Positions 1 to 8,195 of a stretch of 47,470 nucleotides of DNA are shown piece by piece. The stretch is from an uncultured Bacilli bacterium (GTDB lineage: Bacteria; Bacillota_I; Bacilli_A; RF39; UBA660). The position numbers and the translations under genes are program-made. A model generated the notes under the pieces. The model did not search any database and was not told the origin of the DNA. It saw only the letters and a list, made by a program, of their open reading frames with translations. Each line of letters opens with the position of its first letter. Position 1 is the stretch's first letter. The DNA lies in the NCBI GenBank assembly GCA_934098445.1, contig CAKOOW010000002.1, positions 1 through 47,470 on the forward strand, written 5' to 3'.

Positions 1-1
1 A

Positions 2-499
2 GCGGATAATGTATTCTGTAATGATCGAAGTATGGCTGGTAATAACTCTGGGACGGGATCTGGAGTTAGTAGAACTCTTTATAGATGGCATAGCTTACCA
101 TGGTGGATTGGTGGTTATAATTCTAGTATGAGATTAATATGTCCCCAAAAGAATGACGCCTTTACGGTAAGTGATACTACTAATGGTAATGGAGCTTTAA
201 CATATCCTGTTGGTCTTTTAAGTGCAGATGAGATTGTACTAGCTGGTGGATGGGGTGATGAAAATAGTGGTTATTACTTATACTCGGGGCAGTGGTGGTT
301 TGCTTCCTCGCCGATCCGCTTCCTTGATGTCGACAATCGCGGCGCTCTCGAGCGTGGTGTGTATTCGAATGGCAGTGCGGGCGACTACTATGGCGATGTG
401 GAATACAAAGCCGGGGTTCGGCCAGTTTTCAATCTGAAGGCTGAAGTGCTGACACAAGGCTCTGGGACAGTATCTGATCCTTATCGCATTTCTTCGTAG
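2..499 (+). CDS. 3' part of a surface-protein paralogue (5' end outside the window) with a hypervariable C-terminal block; DGR-target-like
   Basis: The frame is open from the window edge. It aligns with the last ~160 aa of ORFs 40726..42195 and 42759..44009 (FCNDRS, CPQKNDAFTVSDT, GNGALTY, ADE(I/V)VLAGG, G-x-RPVFNL). Confidence 0.85.
   Translation, partial: ADNVFCNDRSMAGNNSGTGSGVSRTLYRWHSLPWWIGGYNSSMRLICPQKNDAFTVSDTTNGNGALTYPVGLLSADEIVLAGGWGDENSGYYLYSGQWWFASSPIRFLDVDNRGALERGVYSNGSAGDYYGDVEYKAGVRPVFNLKAEVLTQGSGTVSDPYRISS
302..424 (+). repeat. Variable-region-like block VR1 (GC-rich hypervariable segment ending in cgg cca = RP)
   Basis: Hand count gives 70/120 G+C for 301-420 against about 28% in the flanks. 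It occupies the same position as the VR blocks of the two paralogues. The scaffold residues F...V-x-S-x-G...G-x-RP are kept and the other positions differ. Confidence 0.7.
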
Positions 500-669
500 A
501 AGAAATCTCTCCAAAGACGATGTATCGTATGGTGTGTAAATTCTTAAATGAATTGCATACCATATTTTTTAATGGTATAAATTGTAAAATAGAAAGTCAT
601 AAATATTTCAAAGTTAAAAAGTCATAACTTTGGGGTGTTTATGGCTATTCTTGATGTTTAAAAAAAGTT

Positions 670-1050
670 TTAAAAGTTCCAGATGCCAAGTTGTCCTTTG
701 GCATATATTGGTTCTTTTAAGACTTCTAATACTTCTAACTGCCAAGCATAGCGTCCTATTTCATAATGACCAGAATTATATTCTTCTTTATTTTTCTTAA
801 CTTCGTTAATAAAATCCTCATCCATATAAATACAATCCTTTAATAAACATTTACAGATAATATGTTCAGGATTTTCCCTAGATTTAAGATAAGTATTTGC
901 AATACTTGCGTTACTAGCTTTACTTCTTGCTTTAGCAGCATGAATATATATTTCGCCCCGATAATTAGTCTTCCAACTTCTAGTTTCATATATTTTTACT
1001 TTATCTTTAATTAAAGTAGCAAAAGGTTCTCTGATAGTTATTACTTTCAT
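670..1050 (-). CDS. ASCH (PUA-like) domain protein
   Basis: The N-terminus MKVITIREPFATLIKDKVKIYETRSWKTNYRGEIYIHAAK matches the typical ASCH opening (I-x-x-P-(W/F)-A-x-L-I...K-x-x-E-x-R-S-W...Y-R-G...I-H-A). Confidence 0.6.
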   Translation of the reverse strand: MKVITIREPFATLIKDKVKIYETRSWKTNYRGEIYIHAAKARSKASNASIANTYLKSRENPEHIICKCLLKDCIYMDEDFINEVKKNKEEYNSGHYEIGRYAWQLEVLEVLKEPIYAKGQLGIWNF

Positions 1051-1125
1051 AAATAATTCTCCTAATTAAATTATAACAAATAGAAAGTAAATATGGTAAT
1101 ATAATTGTAAGAAAGGACTTAAGAA

Positions 1126-1530
1126 ATGTTAAAGATAAATAATGAAGAATATAAGGTTTTATCATCAGAAGTTAGATGGGTAGATGCAACTTACAATAAA
1201 AGAAAAGGATATTCAATATTAGTTGATGTAAAATTAAATCATAATGGTATTAATGGTTATATTAACTTTTATGTGGATTTCTTTGATAATAGAGATGATA
1301 ATTATATTATTAACAAAAAATATAATGAATTGCCAAGTGAATTAAATTCTAAAATAGATTCTGTAGAAATATTTGATACTAAGACATTCATAGATCTTAT
1401 TGATAGTAATGTTGCTTTAGAATTTGGTAATATTAAAGATAATAAAATATATATGAAATTAGATATCAATGATGAATTAATAAAGATAGAATATGAGGAA
1501 ATGACTAGTATAAGTAAAAGAATTATATAA
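1126..1530 (+). CDS. hypothetical protein (134 aa, Asn/Lys-rich, no recognisable motif)
   Basis: Long ORF with aagaaaggac upstream of the ATG. No family is recognised. Confidence 0.5.
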   Translation: MLKINNEEYKVLSSEVRWVDATYNKRKGYSILVDVKLNHNGINGYINFYVDFFDNRDDNYIINKKYNELPSELNSKIDSVEIFDTKTFIDLIDSNVALEFGNIKDNKIYMKLDINDELIKIEYEEMTSISKRII

Positions 1531-1614
1531 TTATAGTTTCTTAATTACTATAAAAACAATAAATAAATAAGAAAAAATGTGTTAATATAAATAAGTCCAA
1601 AGGAAGGACTATGT

Positions 1615-2340
1615 ATGAAAGAATTAGATATAAATAAAGAATATAATAATGGTGGGAGTTTATATCTAGAAGATGGTTATTTATATAAGGTTTATAATGA
1701 AATAAGTTATTTTAGAGAAGAAAAGGAAAGAAATATTAAGCTCTTAATGAATAATAGTATTCCTAATACTCCTAAAATATATAAGATGTTATATAAGAAT
1801 AATGAATTCAATGGTTATGTAATGGAATATATAGAGGGGTCCATGACTTTTAGAGAGTCTTTAAATAAGAATATAGATTTTATGGATAAAGTAAGTGCTA
1901 TTAAAGATATTTATAAGTCCTTAAAGACTTTACATAGTTATGGAATATGTATTGGGGATATTCATTTATCTAACTTTTTATATAAAGATGGGCATGGATA
2001 TGTAATAGATTTAGATGAAATAAGATATCCAGAAGATAACTTTAAGTTTCGAGAAAGATATTTAGTTAAAGAAAGTATTAAAATTGTACCTAGTAAACAA
2101 GCTAGTTTTATTACAGATAATATTAAGGTTTGTATATGTTGTTTGTCATTTTTATATAATATAGATTTAGAAAATATTATATGTAAGTATTCTCTTAAGA
2201 GTGTTAAAATTATTCTTAAATTCTTAACTAGTAATGAAGAATATAAAGAAATATCTAGGGTACTTGATGTTAATAAACTTTGTTATTTTGATGATGTATT
2301 AGTTAATAGAGTTAATAAATCAAGAGTTTTAAAGAGGTGA
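1615..2340 (+). CDS. minimal protein-kinase-like fold protein (241 aa)
   Basis: Gly-rich N-terminus (NNGGSLY), catalytic-loop-like GDIHLSNFLY and VIDLDE (a D-x-D in the DFG position). Distantly resembles the tandem ORFs at 20220..21657. Confidence 0.55.
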   Translation: MKELDINKEYNNGGSLYLEDGYLYKVYNEISYFREEKERNIKLLMNNSIPNTPKIYKMLYKNNEFNGYVMEYIEGSMTFRESLNKNIDFMDKVSAIKDIYKSLKTLHSYGICIGDIHLSNFLYKDGHGYVIDLDEIRYPEDNFKFRERYLVKESIKIVPSKQASFITDNIKVCICCLSFLYNIDLENIICKYSLKSVKIILKFLTSNEEYKEISRVLDVNKLCYFDDVLVNRVNKSRVLKR

Positions 2341-2474
2341 TAACTATATTGTTATCGTCTTTTTTTATAAGGGTGGGAAGTAATACTAATTCTATACCAA
2401 TATTAATAAAAATAATATTTATTTAAGAATAATTATGATAAAATAGTTTTATTAAATTTTAAGGGGATGATTAA

Positions 2475-3599
2475 ATGATATATCTTGATTATGCGGCATC
2501 AACACCAGTAAATGATGAAGTCTTAGAGACTTATAATAAGTTAACTAAAGAATATTATGCTAATCCGAATAGTAATCATAAGTTAGGAAAGAAATCTAAA
2601 GAGTTAATAGATAGATATACCAAAGATATTGCTAAGAATCTAGGAGTTTTACCAGAAGAATTAATTTATACTAGTGGTGCTACTGAATCTAATAATTTGG
2701 CTATTAAAGGAGTATGTGAAAGATATAAAAGTTTTGGTAAACATATATTAATTAGTGCTTTAGAACATAATTCCATAGTGGCTAGTGCAGTTAAAATGCA
2801 GAGTATGGGTTTTGAAGTAGAAGTTATTCCGGTTCGAAATGATGGCTTAATAGATATTGAGTCTTTAAAGAAGATTATAAGAAAAGATACTATTTTAGTA
2901 AGTGTTTGTAGTGTAGATAGTGAGATTGGTTTAGTCCAACCGATAAGTAAGATAAAAGAAGTCTTAAAAGATTATCCCCGTTGTTTATTGCATACGGATG
3001 CTACTCAAGGATTTGGAAAAATTAACTTAGATTTAACTATTCCGGATTTAGTTACTTTAGCACCTCATAAGTTTTATGGCCTAACGGGAATGGGTTTACT
3101 TATTAAGAGAAAAGAAATAGGTTTAGTACCACAAATGGATGGGGGTAAGTCAACGACTATTTATCGAGCCGGAACACCGGAATTACCTAGTATTGGAGCT
3201 TTAGATAAGGCAATAGAAATAGCCCTAAGAAATATAGATAATAATTATAATTATGTAGAACAATTAAATATATTAATTAAAGATAAGTTAAAACAATATA
3301 GGAATGTAATTATTAATAATAGAGATAATAGTCTTCCTTTTACAATTAATTTTAGTATTAAGAATGTTAAGTCTTTAAAAGTAGTAGAAAGTTTAGAAGA
3401 TAAAGAGATATATGTATCGGCTAAGACTAGCTGTTGTCCAATTGAAAGTCCTTCTAAGTTAGTATATGCCTTAACTAAAGATAAATCTTTAGCTAGCACA
3501 TCAATAAGAATTAGTTTATCTCATTTAACAACAAAAGAAGAAGTAGAAGAATTTTTAAAGACGTTTGATAAAATTTATTATGAATATTATGAGGATTAA
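2475..3599 (+). CDS. cysteine desulfurase (class V aminotransferase, NifS/IscS-like)
   Basis: N-terminus IYLDYAASTP, SGATESNN, PLP-lysine context LAPHKFYG, C-terminal Cys loop SAKTSCCP. RBS aagggga lies upstream. Confidence 0.85.
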   Translation: MIYLDYAASTPVNDEVLETYNKLTKEYYANPNSNHKLGKKSKELIDRYTKDIAKNLGVLPEELIYTSGATESNNLAIKGVCERYKSFGKHILISALEHNSIVASAVKMQSMGFEVEVIPVRNDGLIDIESLKKIIRKDTILVSVCSVDSEIGLVQPISKIKEVLKDYPRCLLHTDATQGFGKINLDLTIPDLVTLAPHKFYGLTGMGLLIKRKEIGLVPQMDGGKSTTIYRAGTPELPSIGALDKAIEIALRNIDNNYNYVEQLNILIKDKLKQYRNVIINNRDNSLPFTINFSIKNVKSLKVVESLEDKEIYVSAKTSCCPIESPSKLVYALTKDKSLASTSIRISLSHLTTKEEVEEFLKTFDKIYYEYYED

Positions 3600-3604
3600 A
3601 AGAG

Positions 3605-4456
3605 ATGGAAAAGTATAAAGAAATAGAAAGAAGTATTATTAAGAAATATCGTAAAGAGATATGGAGTAGATTTACTAAAGCTGTTAAAGATTATGAACTA
3701 ATAAATGAAAATGATAAGATTATGGTGTGTATTAGTGGGGGTAAGGATTCTTTTTTACTGGCTAAGTGTATTCAGGAATTAGAAAGACATGGAAAAGTTA
3801 AGTTTGAAGCACATTATGTCGTAATGGATCCGGGGTATAATGATTATAATAGACAATATATAATTGATAATGCTAAGTTACTTAATATTCCTATTGAAAT
3901 ATTTAATACAGATATTTTTGATGTCGTAAGTACAGTTGATAGTAAGAGTCCTTGTTATTTATGTGCCAAAATGCGAAGAGGATACCTATATAATAGGGCT
4001 AAAGAATTAGGTTGTAATAAGATAGCCCTTGGTCATCATTTTGATGATGTTATTGAAACTACTTTACTTTCAATGTTTTATGGTTCCGAGGTTAAGACTA
4101 TGTTACCTAAATTACATAGTACCAATTTTGAAGGTTTAGAGTTAATTAGACCTTTATATATGGTTAAAGAAGCAGATATTATTTCATGGCGAGATAGTAA
4201 TGATTTAGTATTTATTAATTGTGCTTGTCGTTTTACTGAAGGGTGTTCGTTAATAAATGATGGAACCAGTAAGCGAAAAGAGATTAAAGAGTTAATAAAG
4301 AATTTAAGAAAAGTAAATAGTGATATTGATAATAGTATCTTTAGAAGTATGAATAATATTAATTTAGATTGTGTTTTAGGAACGAAGAAAAATGGAGAAT
4401 ACGAAAGTTTTTTAGATGGGTATGATGATAAAAAGAATATTCAAGAGAATGATTAG
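3605..4456 (+). CDS. ttcA: TtcA-family PP-loop tRNA thiolation ATPase
   Basis: PP-loop SGGKDS, SPCYLCAKMRRG, ALGHHFDDVIET, IRPLYMVKE and a second Cys cluster CACRF. It starts 5 nt after the desulfurase gene. Confidence 0.7.
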   Translation: MEKYKEIERSIIKKYRKEIWSRFTKAVKDYELINENDKIMVCISGGKDSFLLAKCIQELERHGKVKFEAHYVVMDPGYNDYNRQYIIDNAKLLNIPIEIFNTDIFDVVSTVDSKSPCYLCAKMRRGYLYNRAKELGCNKIALGHHFDDVIETTLLSMFYGSEVKTMLPKLHSTNFEGLELIRPLYMVKEADIISWRDSNDLVFINCACRFTEGCSLINDGTSKRKEIKELIKNLRKVNSDIDNSIFRSMNNINLDCVLGTKKNGEYESFLDGYDDKKNIQEND

Positions 4457-4471
4457 TATTAAAAGAAATTT

Positions 4472-4508
4472 AAAACATCAAGTTTGATTAAGCTAAACTT
4501 GATGTTTT
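4472..4508 (+). terminator. rho-independent terminator after the ttcA-like gene
   Basis: Perfect 14-bp stem aaaacatcaagttt / aaacttgatgtttt with a 9-nt loop. The U-run is part of the 3' arm. Confidence 0.7.
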
Positions 4509-4674
4509 GCTATAAAGAAGCAATTATTTATTAAGTTTAGGCTTGGTACTTGTATTTTTAGAAGATTTAGTTAAAATAGGGAGTATTATTTGCTTTTATT
4601 AAGAAATGTTTTAAATAATTTCTTGTAATTGGCGAAAAATAAGGTAAAATAAAATTAGAAATAGGAGAAGTATT

Positions 4675-6456
4675 ATGTTTGAAAAGAAATTAACAGGTTA
4701 TGCAAGCATCGACAAACCACAAAATAAAGGAGCAAAATTTTTTGAGGCTCATCCTATAATACCAGATATTAATATATATACAGCCATTAAGGTTATTAGT
4801 AGTTTTTATCGTGATGAAAAGGCAGTTGATTGTTTAAAATTATCAGCAACTTATCAACAGTTATTAGATGATGCCGTTACAGTCTCGATGGCTTTAAAAG
4901 AGTTGGGAGTTAGAAAAGGGGATATTATTACCGTATCTATGCCTAATTTTTATCAGGCTGTAGCTGTTTTTATGGCCGCTAATAGAATTGGGGCGACAAC
5001 AACATTTTTAAATTCTTTTGCACCAGATGAAGAAATTGTATTATATTTAAATTTGTTTGAAAGTCCCGTTTATATAAATTTTAATCGTAGTGATGAAGAA
5101 AATCAGAAGATTGTAGATAAAACTCATGTTAGATATGTTATTACTCTAGATAAAAGTAAAGTTAATTCATTAAGTCTTAATGGTAATTATCATTTAACTA
5201 AGAGTAATACGATTGATTTTAATAGTTTAGGATGTTTGGCTAAGTTTCAAAAGAAGACTTTAGAAGATCCATTTAATGCTTTAGATGATGCATTAATTCT
5301 TTATACTAGTGGGACAACAGGAAAGCCTAAAGCAGTAGTTTTAACAAATAAGAATATTTTGGCTTCTGGTATTTATATGAAGAATTCAACTAATTTAGAA
5401 AATACTAAGGGTGAGAAAAGTTTAGTTTGTGTTCCGTTTACTTATCCTTATGGTTTTGCTACTTCAACCCTTATGTCGTTAATGTGTGGAAGAACAGCCA
5501 TTTTGGCTCCAGATTTATCCAAAGATAATATTAATTACTATTTGAGCAAAAAGCCAAATATTATTTTCGGAAGTCCAGCACTTTTAGAACTTATTAAAAA
5601 AAATATTACGCCTAATGCCGACTTATCGAGTCTTACAACATTCATTTCTGGTGGTGATACCTTAAGCCCTGCTAAAAATGAAGAAGGGGTAAAGTTTTTT
5701 CAAGAACATAATAGTAATGCCAAGATTTATAATGGTTCAGGCTCTGCAGAAACGGTTGGAGCGAATACAAATGCTATTGGTCAACCAATAAAATTAGATA
5801 CGGTAGGAAGAATTTTAACTGGAAGCGACTGCATAATAATTGATGCCGATAAATTTAATAATGATGGTATTATTGAAGAGAAAAAAATAGGCGAAGAAGG
5901 TTTATTATGTATTGGTGGCGAACATGTATTTAAAGAATACTATAAAATGCCGGAAAAAACATTAGATGCTAAGGTTTTGTATAAAGGAAAAGAGTATGTT
6001 CGTGTCGGTAGTACTGGTTTTATTGACAATGATGGATATTATCATTTAAAAGGTAGAGATTCTAGATATTATATTATTTCGACTTTAAATAAGGTTTATT
6101 GTGATAGAATTCAGTTATTAATGTCATCTATAGATGTTATTGATTCAGTTGCTGTTGTTAAAAAGAAAGATAATGATAAATTGTATACGGCTAAAGCATA
6201 TGTAGTGTTAAAAAATGGCGTTCAACCTAGTGAAGAAATTAAAAATCATATTCTAGAGGAATGTAAAAAGCCATTAACTATTTATGGCACTGATGAAGTA
6301 TCACAATTAAATGATTACGAGATTCCGGAAAGTATAGACTTTGTACCGTTTATTCCAAAGACAAAGGCTGATAAGGTGGATTATACAACTTTAGAAGAGT
6401 TTGCTTGGCAAGAAGCAGTTAGTCAACATAAAAGACTGGCTTTAAAATTAGATTAG
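4675..6456 (+). CDS. ANL-superfamily adenylate-forming enzyme (acyl-CoA synthetase / AMP-acid ligase-like)
   Basis: AMP-binding core motif LYTSGTTGKPKAV, GSGSAET and a C-terminal IPKTKADKVD motif. RBS ataggagaag lies upstream. Confidence 0.8.
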   Translation: MFEKKLTGYASIDKPQNKGAKFFEAHPIIPDINIYTAIKVISSFYRDEKAVDCLKLSATYQQLLDDAVTVSMALKELGVRKGDIITVSMPNFYQAVAVFMAANRIGATTTFLNSFAPDEEIVLYLNLFESPVYINFNRSDEENQKIVDKTHVRYVITLDKSKVNSLSLNGNYHLTKSNTIDFNSLGCLAKFQKKTLEDPFNALDDALILYTSGTTGKPKAVVLTNKNILASGIYMKNSTNLENTKGEKSLVCVPFTYPYGFATSTLMSLMCGRTAILAPDLSKDNINYYLSKKPNIIFGSPALLELIKKNITPNADLSSLTTFISGGDTLSPAKNEEGVKFFQEHNSNAKIYNGSGSAETVGANTNAIGQPIKLDTVGRILTGSDCIIIDADKFNNDGIIEEKKIGEEGLLCIGGEHVFKEYYKMPEKTLDAKVLYKGKEYVRVGSTGFIDNDGYYHLKGRDSRYYIISTLNKVYCDRIQLLMSSIDVIDSVAVVKKKDNDKLYTAKAYVVLKNGVQPSEEIKNHILEECKKPLTIYGTDEVSQLNDYEIPESIDFVPFIPKTKADKVDYTTLEEFAWQEAVSQHKRLALKLD

Positions 6457-6500
6457 AAACTTATTAGTAAATTTTAAAAATTATATGGGGTTAAATTTTG

Positions 6501-8114
6501 ATGATAGTAAAAAATATTCGAAAGCAAATTGATGGCAATACTATATTTGGTAATATTTCTTTTAGTTTAAATACTCAAGATAAAGCGGGCTTAGTTGGCG
6601 TTAATGGTTCTGGTAAATCAATTTTATTAAAAGTTCTTGGCGGTATTATTACTAATGATAATGGCACAATCGATTTAGATGGTGATAGTATTGGCTATTT
6701 ATACCAAGAAATACCAATAATATATAACGATTACACGATTGAAAAATACATAAAAGAAATAGTAGGCTTTACTAAATTAGAAAAAAGATTGCATTTTCTA
6801 GAAAATAATCTTAGTGAAGATAACATGGACGAATATGGTGATGTTCTTAATGCTTTTTTAAATATAAATGGATATTCTTTTGATGAAGAATTGAACAAAA
6901 TAATGAGCGAATTGTCGCTAAATAAAGATTTGAATTCTCAGATTGGCCATCTATCTGGTGGAGAAAGAATAAAAGTTTTGCTAGCTACTTTGTTAATGAT
7001 GAATAGGGATATTCTTTTACTTGATGAACCAACTAATAATTTAGATATTACGGCTATAGAATGGTTAGAAAAATATTTGAAGACATCTTCAAAGAAAATG
7101 ATAATAGTATCGCACGATGAAATGTTTTTAAATAATATTGTTAATAAAATTTTTGAATTAGATAGTGGCGAGTTAAGACAATATAATACTAGTTATAAAG
7201 ATTATTTGATAACAAAGAAACAAGAATATGAGAAACGAAAATTAGAATATGAACAAGCAAAAGACCAAAGAGATAAGTTAAAAGTAAAATTAGAGCAAGC
7301 TAAAAGTTGGAGTAGCAAGGGATTGGGCTCAAAGGCTCATAATGACAACGATAAAATTGCTAACAATTTTGCCAAAGAAAAGACTAATACTGGCAATGTT
7401 GCTAGATTAACTAAAGAATTAGAAAAAGTCGATATTCCATATTTTGAAGAACATAAACCTATTAATTTAATATTTAATTTTAGTGATGTTTCTGGTAATA
7501 AAGATATTGGATTAGAAAATTTAGTGTGCGGTTATGAGACTTTTCAGACGCCCAAAATAGATTTAGTAATACCATTTGGAGCTAAATTTATGATATCTGG
7601 TGGCAATGGAAGTGGGAAAACAACTCTTATTAAAACGATTTTAGGAAAGTTATCAGCTGTTAGCGGAAAAGTTAATATTGGTAATGGTGTAAGAATTGGG
7701 TATATATCCCAAAATACTTTGGAGACTAAAACTGATGAATCTATATATGCATACATAACTAGTGATATTGTAGAAAAAGATAGTACACAAATTTTTACCT
7801 TATTTGATAAATTTAATTTTGATTATGATGATAGAAATAAGCCCTATAATATTTTATCCCCTGGAGAAAGAACAAGAATTAATATTATCAAGTTAATTTT
7901 AAATAATATTAATGTTTTGATTTTAGATGAAGTAACAAATCACTTAGATAAAGATGGTTTAGATATTATATATGAATTGATATCGTCTTATCCTGGTACT
8001 ATAATTAGCATATCCCATAATAGAAAATACAATGAAATATTAAATGCCGATATTGAGCTAAATATGGAAGATGGACAAGTTAATTATCGAAAATTAATAA
8101 AATCAAAAAAATAA
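6501..8114 (+). CDS. ABC-F family ATPase (two ABC cassettes, no TM domain, no C-terminal extension)
   Basis: Cassette 1: GVNGSGKS, LSGGERIKV, LLLDEPTNNLD. Cassette 2: GGNGSGKTT, LSPGERTRI, LILDEVTNHLD. A charged inter-domain linker of about 90 aa joins them. ATG at 6501 is preferred over TTG at 6498. Confidence 0.85.
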   Translation: MIVKNIRKQIDGNTIFGNISFSLNTQDKAGLVGVNGSGKSILLKVLGGIITNDNGTIDLDGDSIGYLYQEIPIIYNDYTIEKYIKEIVGFTKLEKRLHFLENNLSEDNMDEYGDVLNAFLNINGYSFDEELNKIMSELSLNKDLNSQIGHLSGGERIKVLLATLLMMNRDILLLDEPTNNLDITAIEWLEKYLKTSSKKMIIVSHDEMFLNNIVNKIFELDSGELRQYNTSYKDYLITKKQEYEKRKLEYEQAKDQRDKLKVKLEQAKSWSSKGLGSKAHNDNDKIANNFAKEKTNTGNVARLTKELEKVDIPYFEEHKPINLIFNFSDVSGNKDIGLENLVCGYETFQTPKIDLVIPFGAKFMISGGNGSGKTTLIKTILGKLSAVSGKVNIGNGVRIGYISQNTLETKTDESIYAYITSDIVEKDSTQIFTLFDKFNFDYDDRNKPYNILSPGERTRINIIKLILNNINVLILDEVTNHLDKDGLDIIYELISSYPGTIISISHNRKYNEILNADIELNMEDGQVNYRKLIKSKK

Positions 8115-8195
8115 ATTATCAAGTTTATTGGTAATTTTTTTAAACTTATCTATTTTTTATGATAAAATTAGGTTATAAAATAGTAGGTGATAAGA

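Noticed and set aside
246-514. ORFs 246..437 (+) and 278..514 (-) overlapping the 3' end of the first gene
   Set aside because: They lie in alternative frames across the GC-rich VR1 block, where stop codons (all A/T-rich) are depleted. They have no RBS or motif, and the frame homologous to the two paralogues explains the region. The same applies to 43771..43953 (+) over VR3.
500-669. Possible tRNA or small RNA genes in the larger intergenic regions (500-669, 2341-2474, 4509-4674, 18696-18868, 38196-38319, 42480-42758)
   Set aside because: None shows cloverleaf-type GC-rich stems or conserved tRNA boxes. They look like AT-rich promoter or terminator spacers. No rRNA- or tRNA-like sequence was seen in the window.
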